A stretch of DNA of 64,000 nucleotides from Rudaea sp. (GCA_025451955.1 JANWJJ010000128.1:10629-74628); one strand, 5' to 3'; counted from the stretch's first letter, positions 1 through 10,183 are shown. Made by a program: numbers and translations. The notes: generated by a model not told the origin, from the letters alone.

Positions 1-465
1 TTGACCGCGGCGGTCGAGCGGATCGGCAACTGTTCGCGCTGCCGCACCTTCAGCGAGGCCCCGGTCTGCGCGCTGTGTTCGAGCACGTCGCGCGATGCGC
101 ACTTGCTTTGCGTGGTGGAAACTCCGGTCGATCAGCTCGCGATCGAACAGGCGACAGGTTTTCGCGGCCGCTATTTCGTGTTGCTCGGACGGTTATCGCC
201 ACTCGATGGACTCGGGCCGAAAGAACTAGGCCTCGATTTGCTCGCCGCACGTCTGGCCGAAGGTGAGGTGCGTGAACTGATCGTGGCGACGAATCCCACG
301 GTCGAAGGCGAAGCCACCGCACATATGCTCAGTCAGATCGCGCACAAGGCCGGCGTGCGCGCGACGCGGCTGGCGCATGGTGTGCCGCTCGGCGGCGAGC
401 TCGAATTCATCGATCGCGGCACATTGGCGCATGCCTTCGGTGGGCGACAGACACTCGGCGATTAA
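1..465 (+). CDS. recR: Recombination mediator RecR (5'-truncated by window edge)
   Basis: C4 zinc finger CSRC...CALC, Toprim motifs LCVVETP and [21 protein letters not shown]. Confidence 0.96.
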   Translation: MTAAVERIGNCSRCRTFSEAPVCALCSSTSRDAHLLCVVETPVDQLAIEQATGFRGRYFVLLGRLSPLDGLGPKELGLDLLAARLAEGEVRELIVATNPTVEGEATAHMLSQIAHKAGVRATRLAHGVPLGGELEFIDRGTLAHAFGGRQTLGD

Positions 466-476
466 AAGGCAAACGT

Positions 477-821
477 ATGAGCGACACCCTGTTCGGCAAA
501 ATCATCCGCCGCGAAATTCCCGCTGACATCGTTTACGAAGACGACGAGGTACTGGCGTTTCGCGACATCAATCCGCAGGCGCCGGTGCATGTGCTGTTCA
601 TTCCGAAAAAGCCGATCGCTACGCTTAACGATGCCGTCGAGGCCGACGCGACGCTGATCGGCAAGCTCGTACTCGCTGCCGCGCGCTGGGCAAGGCAACA
701 GGGCTTTGCCGAGGCGGGCTATCGTTGCGTGATCAATTGCAATCAGGACGGGGGCCAGACCGTGTACCACCTGCATCTGCATCTACTCGCCGGCCGTCAA
801 TTGCACTGGCCACCGGGGTGA
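477..821 (+). CDS. Histidine triad nucleotide-binding protein (HinT-like)
   Basis: TLFGKII, AFRDINPQAPVH, QTVYHLHLHLLAG histidine triad. Confidence 0.95.
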   Translation: MSDTLFGKIIRREIPADIVYEDDEVLAFRDINPQAPVHVLFIPKKPIATLNDAVEADATLIGKLVLAAARWARQQGFAEAGYRCVINCNQDGGQTVYHLHLHLLAGRQLHWPPG

Positions 822-830
822 GAGGCTGAG

Positions 831-1000
831 CGCTCACGCGATGCGTTGAAGCGCATCGCGTGCAGCGTCGAACGGGCGAGGCAGGAGCCGAGCACCGGGT
901 TGCAAGGTGAGCGTGTGATGCGCGAACCCGCAACAGCGTCCGCCCGCGGAGCGGGCGCCGAGCTTAGCAACAGTCAGCGAGGCGTAGCCGAGCGCGAGCG
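831..1000. repeat. Structured intergenic element between convergent genes (putative MITE or structured RNA)
   Basis: 11-bp perfect hairpin 835-862, hairpin cgcccgc-gga-gcgggcg 941-957, internal near-direct repeat gcgaggc(agga/gta)gccgagc at 876-893 and 977-993. Confidence 0.45.
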
Positions 1001-1017
1001 CGACACATTCCCTTACC

Positions 1018-1551
1018 TTACAACCACATCCCAATTTGCAGCGATGCCCCACCAAGAGCGCAACCGAGCGCGATCGCGGCCAGCACATCACTGGGATAGT
1101 GCAGGCCGAGAACGACACGCGAGGCGGCGACCAGTGCGGTAAATGTCAGCAGCAACGGGGCCAGCGCCGGGAAATAGGCCAGCGCCACCACACTGAAACT
1201 GACCGCATGCAAGGTGTGGCCGGAGGGGAAACTGAATTCGTCCAGCGGCGGTAGATGCGCGATGACGCCCGCGCAGGCGCGGAATGGGCGCGGCCGGCGC
1301 GTCCAGCACTTCAGGCCGCGGTACAGCACGAGCGCCACGGCGCCGGTGATCAGCATATGTGCGGCCGCACGCGCGCCGCGAGCGTCGCCGCTCAGTGCCA
1401 GCGCCAGCATCAACGTGTACCAGAAGGCGCCATCGCCGAGGCGGCTGATGGCAGCAAAAAATCGCGCCACTACATCGCGATCGCCCCAGCGATTGGCGAC
1501 CCGGCACAGACGCCGGTCAAATCCCGGCAGCGACAATCGGCCGATCAGCAT
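1018..1551 (-). CDS. PAP2-family membrane phosphatase
   Basis: KCWTRRPRP, SFPSGH, SRVVLGLHYPSD catalytic motifs; hydrophobic helices. Confidence 0.93.
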   Translation of the reverse strand: MLIGRLSLPGFDRRLCRVANRWGDRDVVARFFAAISRLGDGAFWYTLMLALALSGDARGARAAAHMLITGAVALVLYRGLKCWTRRPRPFRACAGVIAHLPPLDEFSFPSGHTLHAVSFSVVALAYFPALAPLLLTFTALVAASRVVLGLHYPSDVLAAIALGCALGGASLQIGMWL

Positions 1552-2674
1552 GGGTGTGCTCCGCGAGATGTGTCAGCAATGATTCGAATTCGGCAATCAC
1601 TGCGTCCGGCGCCAGTGCCTCGACCCGCCGCCGCGCGTTGTGCCCGAGCATCGCGCGCAACGTCGGATCCGTGCCGAGCGCGAACGCGGCACCGAGGAAG
1701 CCGCGCGCGTCGTCCACACGCACACGCAGACCGCTGATGCCATCGGCCAGGTGTTCACGCGCTGCACCGAGATCGAAAGCGACCACGGCTAGGCCGCTGG
1801 CCATCGCCTCCAGGGTAACGTTGCCGAAGGTTTCGGTGAGGCTGGGAAACAGGAACAGGTCGGCGCTGGCGTAGTGTCGTGCCAGATCCTCGCCGGTGCG
1901 TGTTCCGGCAAAGATGAAATCCGGATTGTCTGCCGCCAGCCGTGCGCGCTCGGGTCCGTCTCCGACCAGAACGAAACGCGCTTCCGGCGTGCGTGCCTGC
2001 ACGGCGCGGAACGCGCGCACCGCCAGATCCAGATTCTTCTCGACAGCGAGGCGACCGACGCAGATCGCCACCGGTGCGTCTGCGTGCGCTGCCCATTTGG
2101 CGCGCAACCGTTCATCACGCCGCCGCGGATGGAACAGCGTGGTATCCACACCGCGGCGCAACAGTCGCACGTTGTCGATGCCGCGCGCGCAAAGTTCGTC
2201 GGCCAGCTCGCGCGTCGGCACCAGCGTGGCCGCCGCGCGCTTGTGGAAGCGTCGTAGCCAGGCGCGCACCAGCGGCGTGCTCCAGCCGATACCGTAATGT
2301 GCAGCGTAGTCATCGAAGCGGGTATGGAAGCCCGTGCATACCGGCAGTTGCAGCCGCCGCGCCGTGTTCAGCGCCGACCAACCGAGTGGACCTTCGGTGG
2401 CGATGTAGACAGCATCCGGCGGCGTGGCAGTCCAGTCGTGATGCAGGCGTCCATGCGCAGGCCAGCCCAGACGCAGGCCCGGATAGTGCGGCAAGGCGAA
2501 TCCGGGAACGGTCAAATGGACCAGGCCGGCCTCGTTGGCCTCCTGCGCTCGCCGTGGTCGCACCACTTGCACCGCATGGCCGCGCGCGGCCAGACCATGC
2601 GCCAGATCGCGCACGGTAAGTGCCACGCCGTTGATTTCCGGCGGCCAGGTTTCGCTGACGATACTCACGCGCAT
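1517..2674 (-). CDS. GT4 glycosyltransferase (Agt-like glycolipid synthase candidate)
   Basis: MRVSIVSETWPPEINGVA, VGRLAVEKNL, FPSLTETFGNVTLEAMASG; start set at ATG 2674. Confidence 0.9.
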   Translation of the reverse strand: MRVSIVSETWPPEINGVALTVRDLAHGLAARGHAVQVVRPRRAQEANEAGLVHLTVPGFALPHYPGLRLGWPAHGRLHHDWTATPPDAVYIATEGPLGWSALNTARRLQLPVCTGFHTRFDDYAAHYGIGWSTPLVRAWLRRFHKRAAATLVPTRELADELCARGIDNVRLLRRGVDTTLFHPRRRDERLRAKWAAHADAPVAICVGRLAVEKNLDLAVRAFRAVQARTPEARFVLVGDGPERARLAADNPDFIFAGTRTGEDLARHYASADLFLFPSLTETFGNVTLEAMASGLAVVAFDLGAAREHLADGISGLRVRVDDARGFLGAAFALGTDPTLRAMLGHNARRRVEALAPDAVIAEFESLLTHLAEHTHADRPIVAAGI

Positions 2675-2715
2675 ACGCGGCTCCGTGGGGACGGAGCACA
2701 GCCTGCGCTGCACAT

Positions 2716-2755
2716 GTTACGTGGCGATGATTGCCGCGTGACGCGGCGATGACAG
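2716..2755 (-). promoter_or_regulatory. Tandem Pho box (PhoB sites) upstream of GT4/PAP2
   Basis: Minus strand CTGTCAT-cgcc-GCGTCAC-gcgg-CAATCAT-cgcc-ACGTAAC: four half-sites at exact 11-bp period, first one perfect. Confidence 0.7.
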
Positions 2756-2756
2756 A

Positions 2757-3320
2757 TCAGTGGTGCGGCGGGTCGCGCACGATCACGATCGGCGGCGTCC
2801 ACCAGCCTCCACCCCAGTAGGGGTTCCAGAATGGATCGCCGTAGTACGGACGCCACGGGTCGTAATAGGCATTGGCGTAGTCGCGCTTGGGCCACAGGTA
2901 GACATTGTCGGCATCCACATGTGCATATGTATACTCAAACTCGCCGACGCGATGCTGCTCGGTGCCGGCAACGCTGCCGGTCACGGTCAGGTCGCGGCCC
3001 TTGGTGTAGACCGCGGGATCGTAGAAGCCCTTGCTGCAGGCGATGAAACGGCCGTCGCTGCCATCGTGGCGGCGCGGCCGCGCGTCGGGATACAGCGCTC
3101 GCGACAAAACCTCGAAGCAGGTGTTCTCGGCCTTGGGTTCGACCTTGATGATTTCGCCGCCCCAGCGCACGCGAGTGCCGTGCGCAGATTGGCTGGCGGC
3201 TTGTTTGGGCGTGACCGCGGCGAAATCATTGCCGGCGAGTTGGGTGGGTACGCTGGCGCAGCCGCCCAGTGCAAGGGCAGCGGTCGTAACGACGGTGGCG
3301 AGGGCAAGGGTCTGGCGCAT
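2757..3320 (-). CDS. Slp-family outer-membrane lipoprotein
   Basis: Lipobox LGGC, VRWGGEII, GRFIAC-KGFYDP, YTKGRDLTVTG. Confidence 0.9.
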   Translation of the reverse strand: MRQTLALATVVTTAALALGGCASVPTQLAGNDFAAVTPKQAASQSAHGTRVRWGGEIIKVEPKAENTCFEVLSRALYPDARPRRHDGSDGRFIACSKGFYDPAVYTKGRDLTVTGSVAGTEQHRVGEFEYTYAHVDADNVYLWPKRDYANAYYDPWRPYYGDPFWNPYWGGGWWTPPIVIVRDPPHH

Positions 3321-3383
3321 ATCCGGTCTCCTGAAACATTTGCATTGGTAAGACGCGGAGCGGCGGCGTTTCGTCGCAGCGCG

Positions 3384-5357
3384 TCATGGCTTGTGCGCTC
3401 GCAACCGCAACGCGGCAACCGCGCGCGCGAACTCGCGTACTGCCTGTGTTGAGGATAACGCACCGGCGTAGCGCAGGCCGACATAGTTGGCGAACAGGCG
3501 TTGCAGTGCGCGGTTGCCGGGCCAGTGATCCTCGCCGCGCGCGGCTAGGGTGAGCGGCCCCTCCGTCGCCAGACTAGGCGCTCCGGCGCGGTCGAGTTTG
3601 CGACGTAACCGCGCATAAGCAGCATCGAGTGGATCGGCAGCCGTACGCGGCGCGCGCAACACCCACCACGCGAACAGTCCGAGCAACACCGAGCTTGCGC
3701 CGATCAAGGTCCACATCAGATCCACGTAATCGGCTTTGGCGATGCCGAACGGCGTGAGCAGACTTTGCTGACGCAAGGCATTGAATTGCACGATGGCGTC
3801 GTTCCAGAACCGGTTGACCACGTCCAGGCGATTGCGCAGCAGTTGCAGCCAATCGGCCTGATACCACGGCGCGCGGGCGCCGGCGGCTGCGCGCGCGCCG
3901 AGTTGCACGCGTTGCGGACTCACCGCAGCGGTCGGATCCACACGCACCCAGCCGCGTCCGGCCAGCCAGACTTCCGACCAGGCGTGCGCATCGGATTGGC
4001 GCACCACCAGATAATCGCCGGCGGCGTTGAAATAGCCGCCCTGATAGCCAGTCACTACTCGCGCGGGAATGCTGGCGGCGCGCATCAGAAACGTGAATGC
4101 CGAGGCGAAATGCTCGCAGAAGCCGCGCCGGGTGTCGAACAGGAAATCGTCGACCGAATCGCGTCCGAGCAGGGGCGCATTCAAAGTATAGAAAAACTCC
4201 TTGTGGAAAAGATCCAGCGCTGCGCGAATGATGACATCGTCGCTGCGCAACTCGCTGCGCCAGCGCTGCGCCAGCGCGCGCGCCTGCGGATCAAGGCCGG
4301 GCGGTAGTTCCAGCGCCAGCGCGCGTTGTTGCGGATCGAGCGTGGCATCGAGACGATATTTCGGCGCGGACACGGCGTGATAGCGCAGCAGGCGATCGAC
4401 CGGCGTGCGGCTGACCAGGGTCATGTCCGCGCCGCGCACGGCGTTGTCGGGCGCGGCCACAGGCATGTCCAGCGCCAGCAACCAGCGCCGGTCGGTGGGT
4501 TCCAGACTCACGTCGTAGGCGATGGTTGGCGTGGCGGTTTGCAGATCGGCGGCGCCGCGGTTGCTGGCCAGATATCCCGGGCGTGTCCACGTCGTGCCGT
4601 CGAAATACCACAACACCGGGCCGCGCCAATACAGTTCCGCGCGCGGCGGCAATGGGCCGTCGAAACTCACGCGAAACGCCGGACTATCGTCGATCAGCAA
4701 CTGCTGCACCGAGCCGGGCGCCATGCGGTCGCCGAGGCCGGTGCGCGCGCTGGTGTCGTCCGGTGCGCCCCACAGCGGCGAACCCAGACGCGGCAAGAAA
4801 ACGAAGACGCAAACCGCCAGCGGCACTGCGGCGGCCAACGCTATGGCGCCGCTGCGCAGATCGACGGTGACCGTCGCGCGCCGGTTTTGCACCGATGCAT
4901 CCGCTGCGCGCGGTTCCAATTCGCGCATTGCGGCCAGCAGCAGCGTCAAGGCGGCAAACAGCAGCAAGGTGAAGCCGAGACTGTTGGCGAACAGCAAGGC
5001 GCTCATCAGCACAAAACTGGCAAAGCAGATTGCCGCACGCGCATCGCGCCGGGATTCGGTTTCGACGAGCTTGAGCGCCAGCATCGCGCAGGCCAGGGCG
5101 GCGCCCGGCTCGCGCCCGAAAATATTGCCATAGTGGAAAATGATCAAAACAGGAAACAGCAAAATCAGCGGCAACTTGATCCATGTCGGCAGGCGCGCGC
5201 CGCCACGCCGGCGCTGCAGCCAGCGGCCGATCAGTAGAATCAGGATCGGCGTGGAGAACAGCCACGGCAGCCGCCACAGATGCGGCAGCACCGCGGCGCA
5301 GATGCTGGCCGCAGTCAGGTCGAATTGCGCCGGCGTCAGCGGCTGCATGGGTTTCAT
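3384..5357 (-). CDS. DUF3488/transglutaminase-domain membrane protein (TgpA-like)
   Basis: N-terminal TM region, LYWRG, GFCEHFASAF (catalytic Cys), ARVVTGYQGG, AHAWSEVW, WVRVDPT. Confidence 0.92.
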   Translation of the reverse strand: MKPMQPLTPAQFDLTAASICAAVLPHLWRLPWLFSTPILILLIGRWLQRRRGGARLPTWIKLPLILLFPVLIIFHYGNIFGREPGAALACAMLALKLVETESRRDARAAICFASFVLMSALLFANSLGFTLLLFAALTLLLAAMRELEPRAADASVQNRRATVTVDLRSGAIALAAAVPLAVCVFVFLPRLGSPLWGAPDDTSARTGLGDRMAPGSVQQLLIDDSPAFRVSFDGPLPPRAELYWRGPVLWYFDGTTWTRPGYLASNRGAADLQTATPTIAYDVSLEPTDRRWLLALDMPVAAPDNAVRGADMTLVSRTPVDRLLRYHAVSAPKYRLDATLDPQQRALALELPPGLDPQARALAQRWRSELRSDDVIIRAALDLFHKEFFYTLNAPLLGRDSVDDFLFDTRRGFCEHFASAFTFLMRAASIPARVVTGYQGGYFNAAGDYLVVRQSDAHAWSEVWLAGRGWVRVDPTAAVSPQRVQLGARAAAGARAPWYQADWLQLLRNRLDVVNRFWNDAIVQFNALRQQSLLTPFGIAKADYVDLMWTLIGASSVLLGLFAWWVLRAPRTAADPLDAAYARLRRKLDRAGAPSLATEGPLTLAARGEDHWPGNRALQRLFANYVGLRYAGALSSTQAVREFARAVAALRLRAHKP

Positions 5358-6343
5358 GCCGACGCTCCGGGCAGCAGGGCCAGTTCGCGCAGGCAGGCAT
5401 GGCGATGTTCACTGCCGAGTCCGGGACCGATGCGGCGTTCGGGAAGCTGCAATGAGTAAGGCAGTTGTGCGGCTTCGGCCTGGATTATCCAGCGGACCAG
5501 ACGGGCGATGCGCGCCTCGTGGTCGAGTCCGTGCAGTGCCGCGTAGTCGAGCACGATCTCGCGTCCGCGCAATTGTTCGAATTCCTTCACCAGCAAACGG
5601 TCGTGACGCGCGCTGGCTTTCCAGGCAATGCTGCGCAGCGGGTCGGTCGGCTGGTAGTCGCGCAACATCACCAGTTCATCACCGCGCGACCGCCGGGCCT
5701 GCCGCTGCTGTGCGTCGCTACTGTCGTGTGGCAGCGGCGGTGCATTGGCTTCCGGCCGCGGATATATCAGCGCGGAAAAATCCGGGTGCAGCCAACTCCA
5801 GACGTGGAATAGACCGAAGGGATACTCGCTGTACAAACGTAGGCGACCGAGTTGCTGCCAACCGCGCTGGCGTGCGCGCAGTCCGATGCGCACGCAGGTG
5901 TCGTTGCCGGGATGCAGATCGAATACGGTTTCGTCGCCGTCGATGCTCAAGCGCAGCCCATGCCGGGGACGTGCGTCGATGTGGAAATATAGATAAATAT
6001 ACAATGTACCGCCAGCATGGCAGGGCTCGGCGCGCGCCGCACGCAGTTGCACGCGGTTGATCGAGCGGAATGCCTGAAACACGCTTTGGTAGCTGGCCGC
6101 GCCGAGCAGACACGTCAGCAGGATCGCCGGATTGTTGTTGTAGTTGAGCGCGCCGAGCAGCATTACCAGCAACACCGCAGAAAGCATCAGGCCGAAGCGC
6201 GTTGGCAGCACATAGATGCGATGGCGATCCAGCAGGATGGGCAGGGACTCGGCCTGCTTGAGCCGGGTCAAGGCGGGCAGCCGGCGTTCTGCGAATTCGA
6301 GCAGCCGTGAGCGCAAGCTTGCCGCGGCGGCGCGCGTGTTCAC
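5354..6343 (-). CDS. DUF58-domain protein
   Basis: IYVLPTRFG, YPFGLF, LRDYQPTDPLRSIAWKASAR; between MoxR and transglutaminase. Confidence 0.9.
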   Translation of the reverse strand: MNTRAAAASLRSRLLEFAERRLPALTRLKQAESLPILLDRHRIYVLPTRFGLMLSAVLLVMLLGALNYNNNPAILLTCLLGAASYQSVFQAFRSINRVQLRAARAEPCHAGGTLYIYLYFHIDARPRHGLRLSIDGDETVFDLHPGNDTCVRIGLRARQRGWQQLGRLRLYSEYPFGLFHVWSWLHPDFSALIYPRPEANAPPLPHDSSDAQQRQARRSRGDELVMLRDYQPTDPLRSIAWKASARHDRLLVKEFEQLRGREIVLDYAALHGLDHEARIARLVRWIIQAEAAQLPYSLQLPERRIGPGLGSEHRHACLRELALLPGASA

Positions 6344-7320
6344 GCGATGGCCTGACGCACCGCCACTTGTGTGAGCAGCGCGGCGGCGAGTTGATCGCGT
6401 GTGCGGTTGCTCGCGCTGCCGGGAATCAGCCGGTGCGCAGCAACGCCGGCGAACACCTGTTGCACATCCTCAGGCACGCAATAACTGCGTCCCGCAAGCA
6501 CGGCGCAGGCGCGCGCAGCGTTGAGCAGGGCGAGTCCCGCGCGCGGCGACAGTCCGACCCGGATATCGGCGTGCGAGCGGCTGGCGGCGAGCAGTGCCTG
6601 GACGTAGTCGATCAGGGCGGGACTCGCCAGCACTTGAGCGGCGGCGGCGCGTACAGCAAGAATCTGCGCGTTGTCGAGACAAGGTTGCAGATGTCCGATC
6701 ACTTCGCGCCGGTCGGCGGCGGCGAGCAGGGCGCGTTCGGCGTCACGATCGGGATAATCCAGACTGATGCGCAGCATGAAGCGGTCGAGTTGCGAATCCG
6801 GCAGTGGATAGGTGCCAGCCAGATCCAGCGGATTCTGCGTCGCCACCACAAAGAACGGCGACGGCAGCCCATGGGTGATGCCGTCGACCGTGACTTGCTG
6901 TTCCTGCATTGCCTCGAGCAGGGCGCTTTGCGTCTTCGGCGTGGCGCGGTTGATTTCGTCGGCCAGCACCAGTTGCGCAAACAGCGGCCCCGGATGGAAC
7001 TTGAACGCGGCGCGCTCGCGCTCGTACACGCTGACGCCGATAATGTCGGAAGGCAGCAGGTCAGAAGTGAACTGCACGCGCTGGAAGGAAAGATCCAGCG
7101 TCGCCGCCAGTGCGTGCGCCAGCGTGGTCTTGCCGACGCCGGGCAGATCCTCGATCAGCAGATGGCCGCCGGCGAGGAAGCAGGCGAACGCGAGGCGTAC
7201 TTGTGGATTTTTTCCCAATACGACATTGTTCACTTGTTGCAAAGCGCGCGCGAGTGCGGCCGCCAGTTCGGGTTCGAGTGGTGGCGTGGTGGCGACGGGC
7301 GCAAGACGTGACGTAGTCAT
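6340..7320 (-). CDS. MoxR-family AAA+ ATPase
   Basis: HLLIEDLPGVGKT, RVQFTSDLLPSD, LADEINRA, ATQNP, DRFM; start set at ATG 7320. Confidence 0.95.
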   Translation of the reverse strand: MTTSRLAPVATTPPLEPELAAALARALQQVNNVVLGKNPQVRLAFACFLAGGHLLIEDLPGVGKTTLAHALAATLDLSFQRVQFTSDLLPSDIIGVSVYERERAAFKFHPGPLFAQLVLADEINRATPKTQSALLEAMQEQQVTVDGITHGLPSPFFVVATQNPLDLAGTYPLPDSQLDRFMLRISLDYPDRDAERALLAAADRREVIGHLQPCLDNAQILAVRAAAAQVLASPALIDYVQALLAASRSHADIRVGLSPRAGLALLNAARACAVLAGRSYCVPEDVQQVFAGVAAHRLIPGSASNRTRDQLAAALLTQVAVRQAIA

Positions 7321-7362
7321 GGCATCGAACTCTGCATCGGACCGAGTATAGGCAATGTAACG

Positions 7363-8955
7363 ATGAATGAGTTCAATTCGCCAGCGCCGCCGGCGCGCGG
7401 CTGGCAAACGGCGTTCTGGATTGCGTGGACGGTATTGCTGATCGCGAAAATCGCGCTGGCGGCCAATCTGGCGCCGTTTGGCGACGAAGCCTGGTACTGG
7501 CAGGAAAGCCGACATTTGGCATCGTCGTATAGCGACCTGCCGCTCGCCACCGCGTGGTTGATTCATTTGGGCGAAACCGCGTTCGGTCACAGTGTGGTGG
7601 CAATGCGTGCGCCGTTCCTGCTGCTTGGTGCATTGCTGCCGTTGCTGATGGTGCGTCTGGGCTGGCGCGTGTTCGATGCCGCGGCGGGATGGTGTGCCGG
7701 ATTGTTGACACTGGCACTGCCGCTGCTTGGCACGCTGGGCATTTTCGCCCTGCCCGATGTGCCGCTGACGTTCGCCAGCGCGCTCGCGTTGGATGCGCTG
7801 GAACGCTGCACGCGTACGCGCATGTTACGCGACTGGAGCTTGCTGGGCCTTGCCTTGGCCTGCGCATGGCTGAGTCATTACCGTGCGGCGATGCTGCTGC
7901 TGACCGGGCTGGCGTTTCTGTGCCTGACGCCGCGCGGACGCGCCTTGTGGCGCACGCCGGGACTGTGGCTGGCGTTGGCGGTTTCCTGTGCCGGCCTGAT
8001 TCCGTTGCTGGTCTTCAATGCCGAACACGGCTGGGTCGCGCTGGGATTCCAGTTGATCCAGCGTAATCCCTGGCGCTTCCATGCCGATGCGCTGGTGCAG
8101 CCGATCGAGCAGGCGTTGGTATGTACGCCGTTGTTTTATCTGTTGTTGTTATGGGCGGCGTGGCAATGCCTGCGGCGAATTCGTGACGCGGCGCCGTGGG
8201 ATATTTTTGCACTTTGCGCCATTGTGCCAATTGTCGCGTATTTCATCCTTGGCTGTTTTGCCGACGACACGCGCTTTCGCGTGCATTGGCCGTTGCCCGG
8301 ATATCTGCCGTTGTTGCTGGCGCTGCCGGTGTTGTTGCGCAAACTCACGCTGACACGGCCGTTGCGCGTGGCGATGCTGTCGGCGTTTGTCTTGCTGGCA
8401 CTCGGCGAGATGTTGGCATTTACTTATCTCGCTGTGGCCGCAGCTCCTGGCGGAGCTGTCGCGCTGGCGCGGGTGAAAGCCTTTCCCGAACATTTTGTCG
8501 GTTGGCGCGAGGTCGCGGCTGAAACCCGTCAATTGCTGGCGCAGCCGCGGTATGCCGATTCCGTGCTTGTCGCCGACAACTTCATGCTTGCGGCGGAACT
8601 CGATTTCGCCCTCGACGGCGCGCGCCCCGTGTTTAGCCTGGATCATCCGCTCAACGTCAAGCATGGCCGCGCGCCGCAACTGGCGCTGTGGCGGCGCGAC
8701 GAAGCCGGTTTGCGCGAACTCGGTACGCGCCGGGTTTTACTGGTTGCCGAACCGACGGCGCGGCGCGAGCGCGATCGCGCCGCGTGGATGCAATCATTGT
8801 GCGCACGCATCGACGATCTGGTGCCAGTCGCTAGACTTGACGCCTACAACGGCCGCAAACGCTATCGCTGGTTCAGCGGCGCGATTCCAATAGGCACGAC
8901 TCCCGTGAACAAGATTCCCGCGACCACGCAGAATTGCATCGCGGCGAAGCCTTGA
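7363..8955 (+). CDS. GT39/ArnT-like membrane glycosyltransferase
   Basis: DEAWYW...YSDLPL motif, many TM segments. Confidence 0.82.
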   Translation: MNEFNSPAPPARGWQTAFWIAWTVLLIAKIALAANLAPFGDEAWYWQESRHLASSYSDLPLATAWLIHLGETAFGHSVVAMRAPFLLLGALLPLLMVRLGWRVFDAAAGWCAGLLTLALPLLGTLGIFALPDVPLTFASALALDALERCTRTRMLRDWSLLGLALACAWLSHYRAAMLLLTGLAFLCLTPRGRALWRTPGLWLALAVSCAGLIPLLVFNAEHGWVALGFQLIQRNPWRFHADALVQPIEQALVCTPLFYLLLLWAAWQCLRRIRDAAPWDIFALCAIVPIVAYFILGCFADDTRFRVHWPLPGYLPLLLALPVLLRKLTLTRPLRVAMLSAFVLLALGEMLAFTYLAVAAAPGGAVALARVKAFPEHFVGWREVAAETRQLLAQPRYADSVLVADNFMLAAELDFALDGARPVFSLDHPLNVKHGRAPQLALWRRDEAGLRELGTRRVLLVAEPTARRERDRAAWMQSLCARIDDLVPVARLDAYNGRKRYRWFSGAIPIGTTPVNKIPATTQNCIAAKP

Positions 8956-8956
8956 A

Positions 8957-9556
8957 TCAAATCGCGATCACGCCGGTCTCGCGCAGCAGTCGGCACAGCG
9001 CAATCAGCGGCAGGCCGATCAACGCGGTGGGGTCTTGCGATTCGATACGCTCGAACAGGGCGATGCCAAGTCCTTCGGCCTTGAAGCTGCCGGCGCAGTC
9101 CATCGGCGATTCGCGTTCGATATAGCGCGCGATTTCTCCGGCGTCGAGATTGCGGAAATGCACGCGCGTCATATCGACCGCCGCATGTGCGCTGATCGGT
9201 GCGCTGCGTGTGTCGATCAGGCAGATGGCGGTGTGGAACACGACTTCGCGGCCGGCGCAGGCCGCGAGTTGCGCCTGTGCCGTTTCCGCGTTGCCGGGCT
9301 TGCCGAGAATGCTTCCGCCCAGATCGGCGACCTGATCCGAACCGATGACGAGGGCGCCGAGGCAACCTGCCGCAACTGCGCGCGCTTTCGCTTGCGCCAG
9401 TCGCACCGCGAGCGCGGACGGCGTTTCGTGTGCCTGTGGTATTTCGTCGACTTGCGGCGCGACGACGCGGAAACGCGACGCGATGCGCGCCAGCAATTCA
9501 CGCCGGTAGCGCGAGGTCGAAGCCAGCACCAGGTCGACATCGTTCAAGGCGATCAT
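8957..9556 (-). CDS. Maf-family nucleotide pyrophosphatase (YceF-like)
   Basis: LVLASTSRYRRELL, VIGSDQV, LGKPG, DCAGSFKAEGLG, LIGLPL. Confidence 0.93.
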   Translation of the reverse strand: MIALNDVDLVLASTSRYRRELLARIASRFRVVAPQVDEIPQAHETPSALAVRLAQAKARAVAAGCLGALVIGSDQVADLGGSILGKPGNAETAQAQLAACAGREVVFHTAICLIDTRSAPISAHAAVDMTRVHFRNLDAGEIARYIERESPMDCAGSFKAEGLGIALFERIESQDPTALIGLPLIALCRLLRETGVIAI

Positions 9557-10011
9557 GCTGTCTTGCCGCGCGGCGTCAGCGTCTGCGCGCTGGATTGTGC
9601 CTGTTCCAGATCGGCGGTGATCGTGGTCAGGCGTTCGATCAGCGCACGCAAGGTCGCGCCGGATTGATCCAGCGCACTGCGCGCCGCGGCGAGTTGCTGC
9701 AGGCTGGCGTCGACGGCGTGTTGCTTGATCCACAGCCGATGCGCCAGCAGATCGCGCAATGCCGCCTGCACCTTGGCATCGGCGCTCAGTGCGGTATCGG
9801 CGTCGGCGCTCATTTCCTCGGGCAGGATCGTGAGCATGCCGCGCAGGCGTTGCATGCGCTGGCGGCAGTCCTGCAATTGCGTTTCGAGCGCGTCGGCGCC
9901 GTCGAGCAGGGCGCGGATCGCGCGTTCGCGTTGCCGCCAGCCGCGCTCGCGCCGCCAGAGCAACAGCAACAACAGGATCGCAGCGATGGCGGCAAGCAAC
10001 AAATAAGACAC
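9553..10011 (-). CDS. Hypothetical single-pass membrane coiled-coil protein
   Basis: N-terminal hydrophobic helix, helical body; stop overlaps maf start (ATGA). Confidence 0.7.
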   Translation of the reverse strand: MSYLLLAAIAAILLLLLLWRRERGWRQRERAIRALLDGADALETQLQDCRQRMQRLRGMLTILPEEMSADADTALSADAKVQAALRDLLAHRLWIKQHAVDASLQQLAAARSALDQSGATLRALIERLTTITADLEQAQSSAQTLTPRGKTA

Positions 10012-10144
10012 GGCGCAGAGATTCCTGGATCGGTTGTCCAGTCTGCCTCAAGCGCCGTGATTGGTAAATTCGCCGGATCTGCGGGAAACCCCGCTTTTTG
10101 CTAGCCGCTGAAGACCGGAAAGACGGTCCGAACCCCGGTTTTTG

Positions 10145-10173
10145 TTGACTTTGTGCACTACGGCACCTACCAT
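10145..10173 (+). promoter_or_regulatory. sigma70 promoter of yceD-rpmF-fab operon
   Basis: TTGACT-N17-TACCAT; ATG only 10 nt after the -10 box. Confidence 0.7.
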
Positions 10174-10183
10174 CGCGCGCGCC

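Noticed and set aside
3384-7320. MoxR-DUF58-transglutaminase operon as a new system
   Set aside because: Widespread, described triad (e.g. the Pseudomonas tgpA operon).
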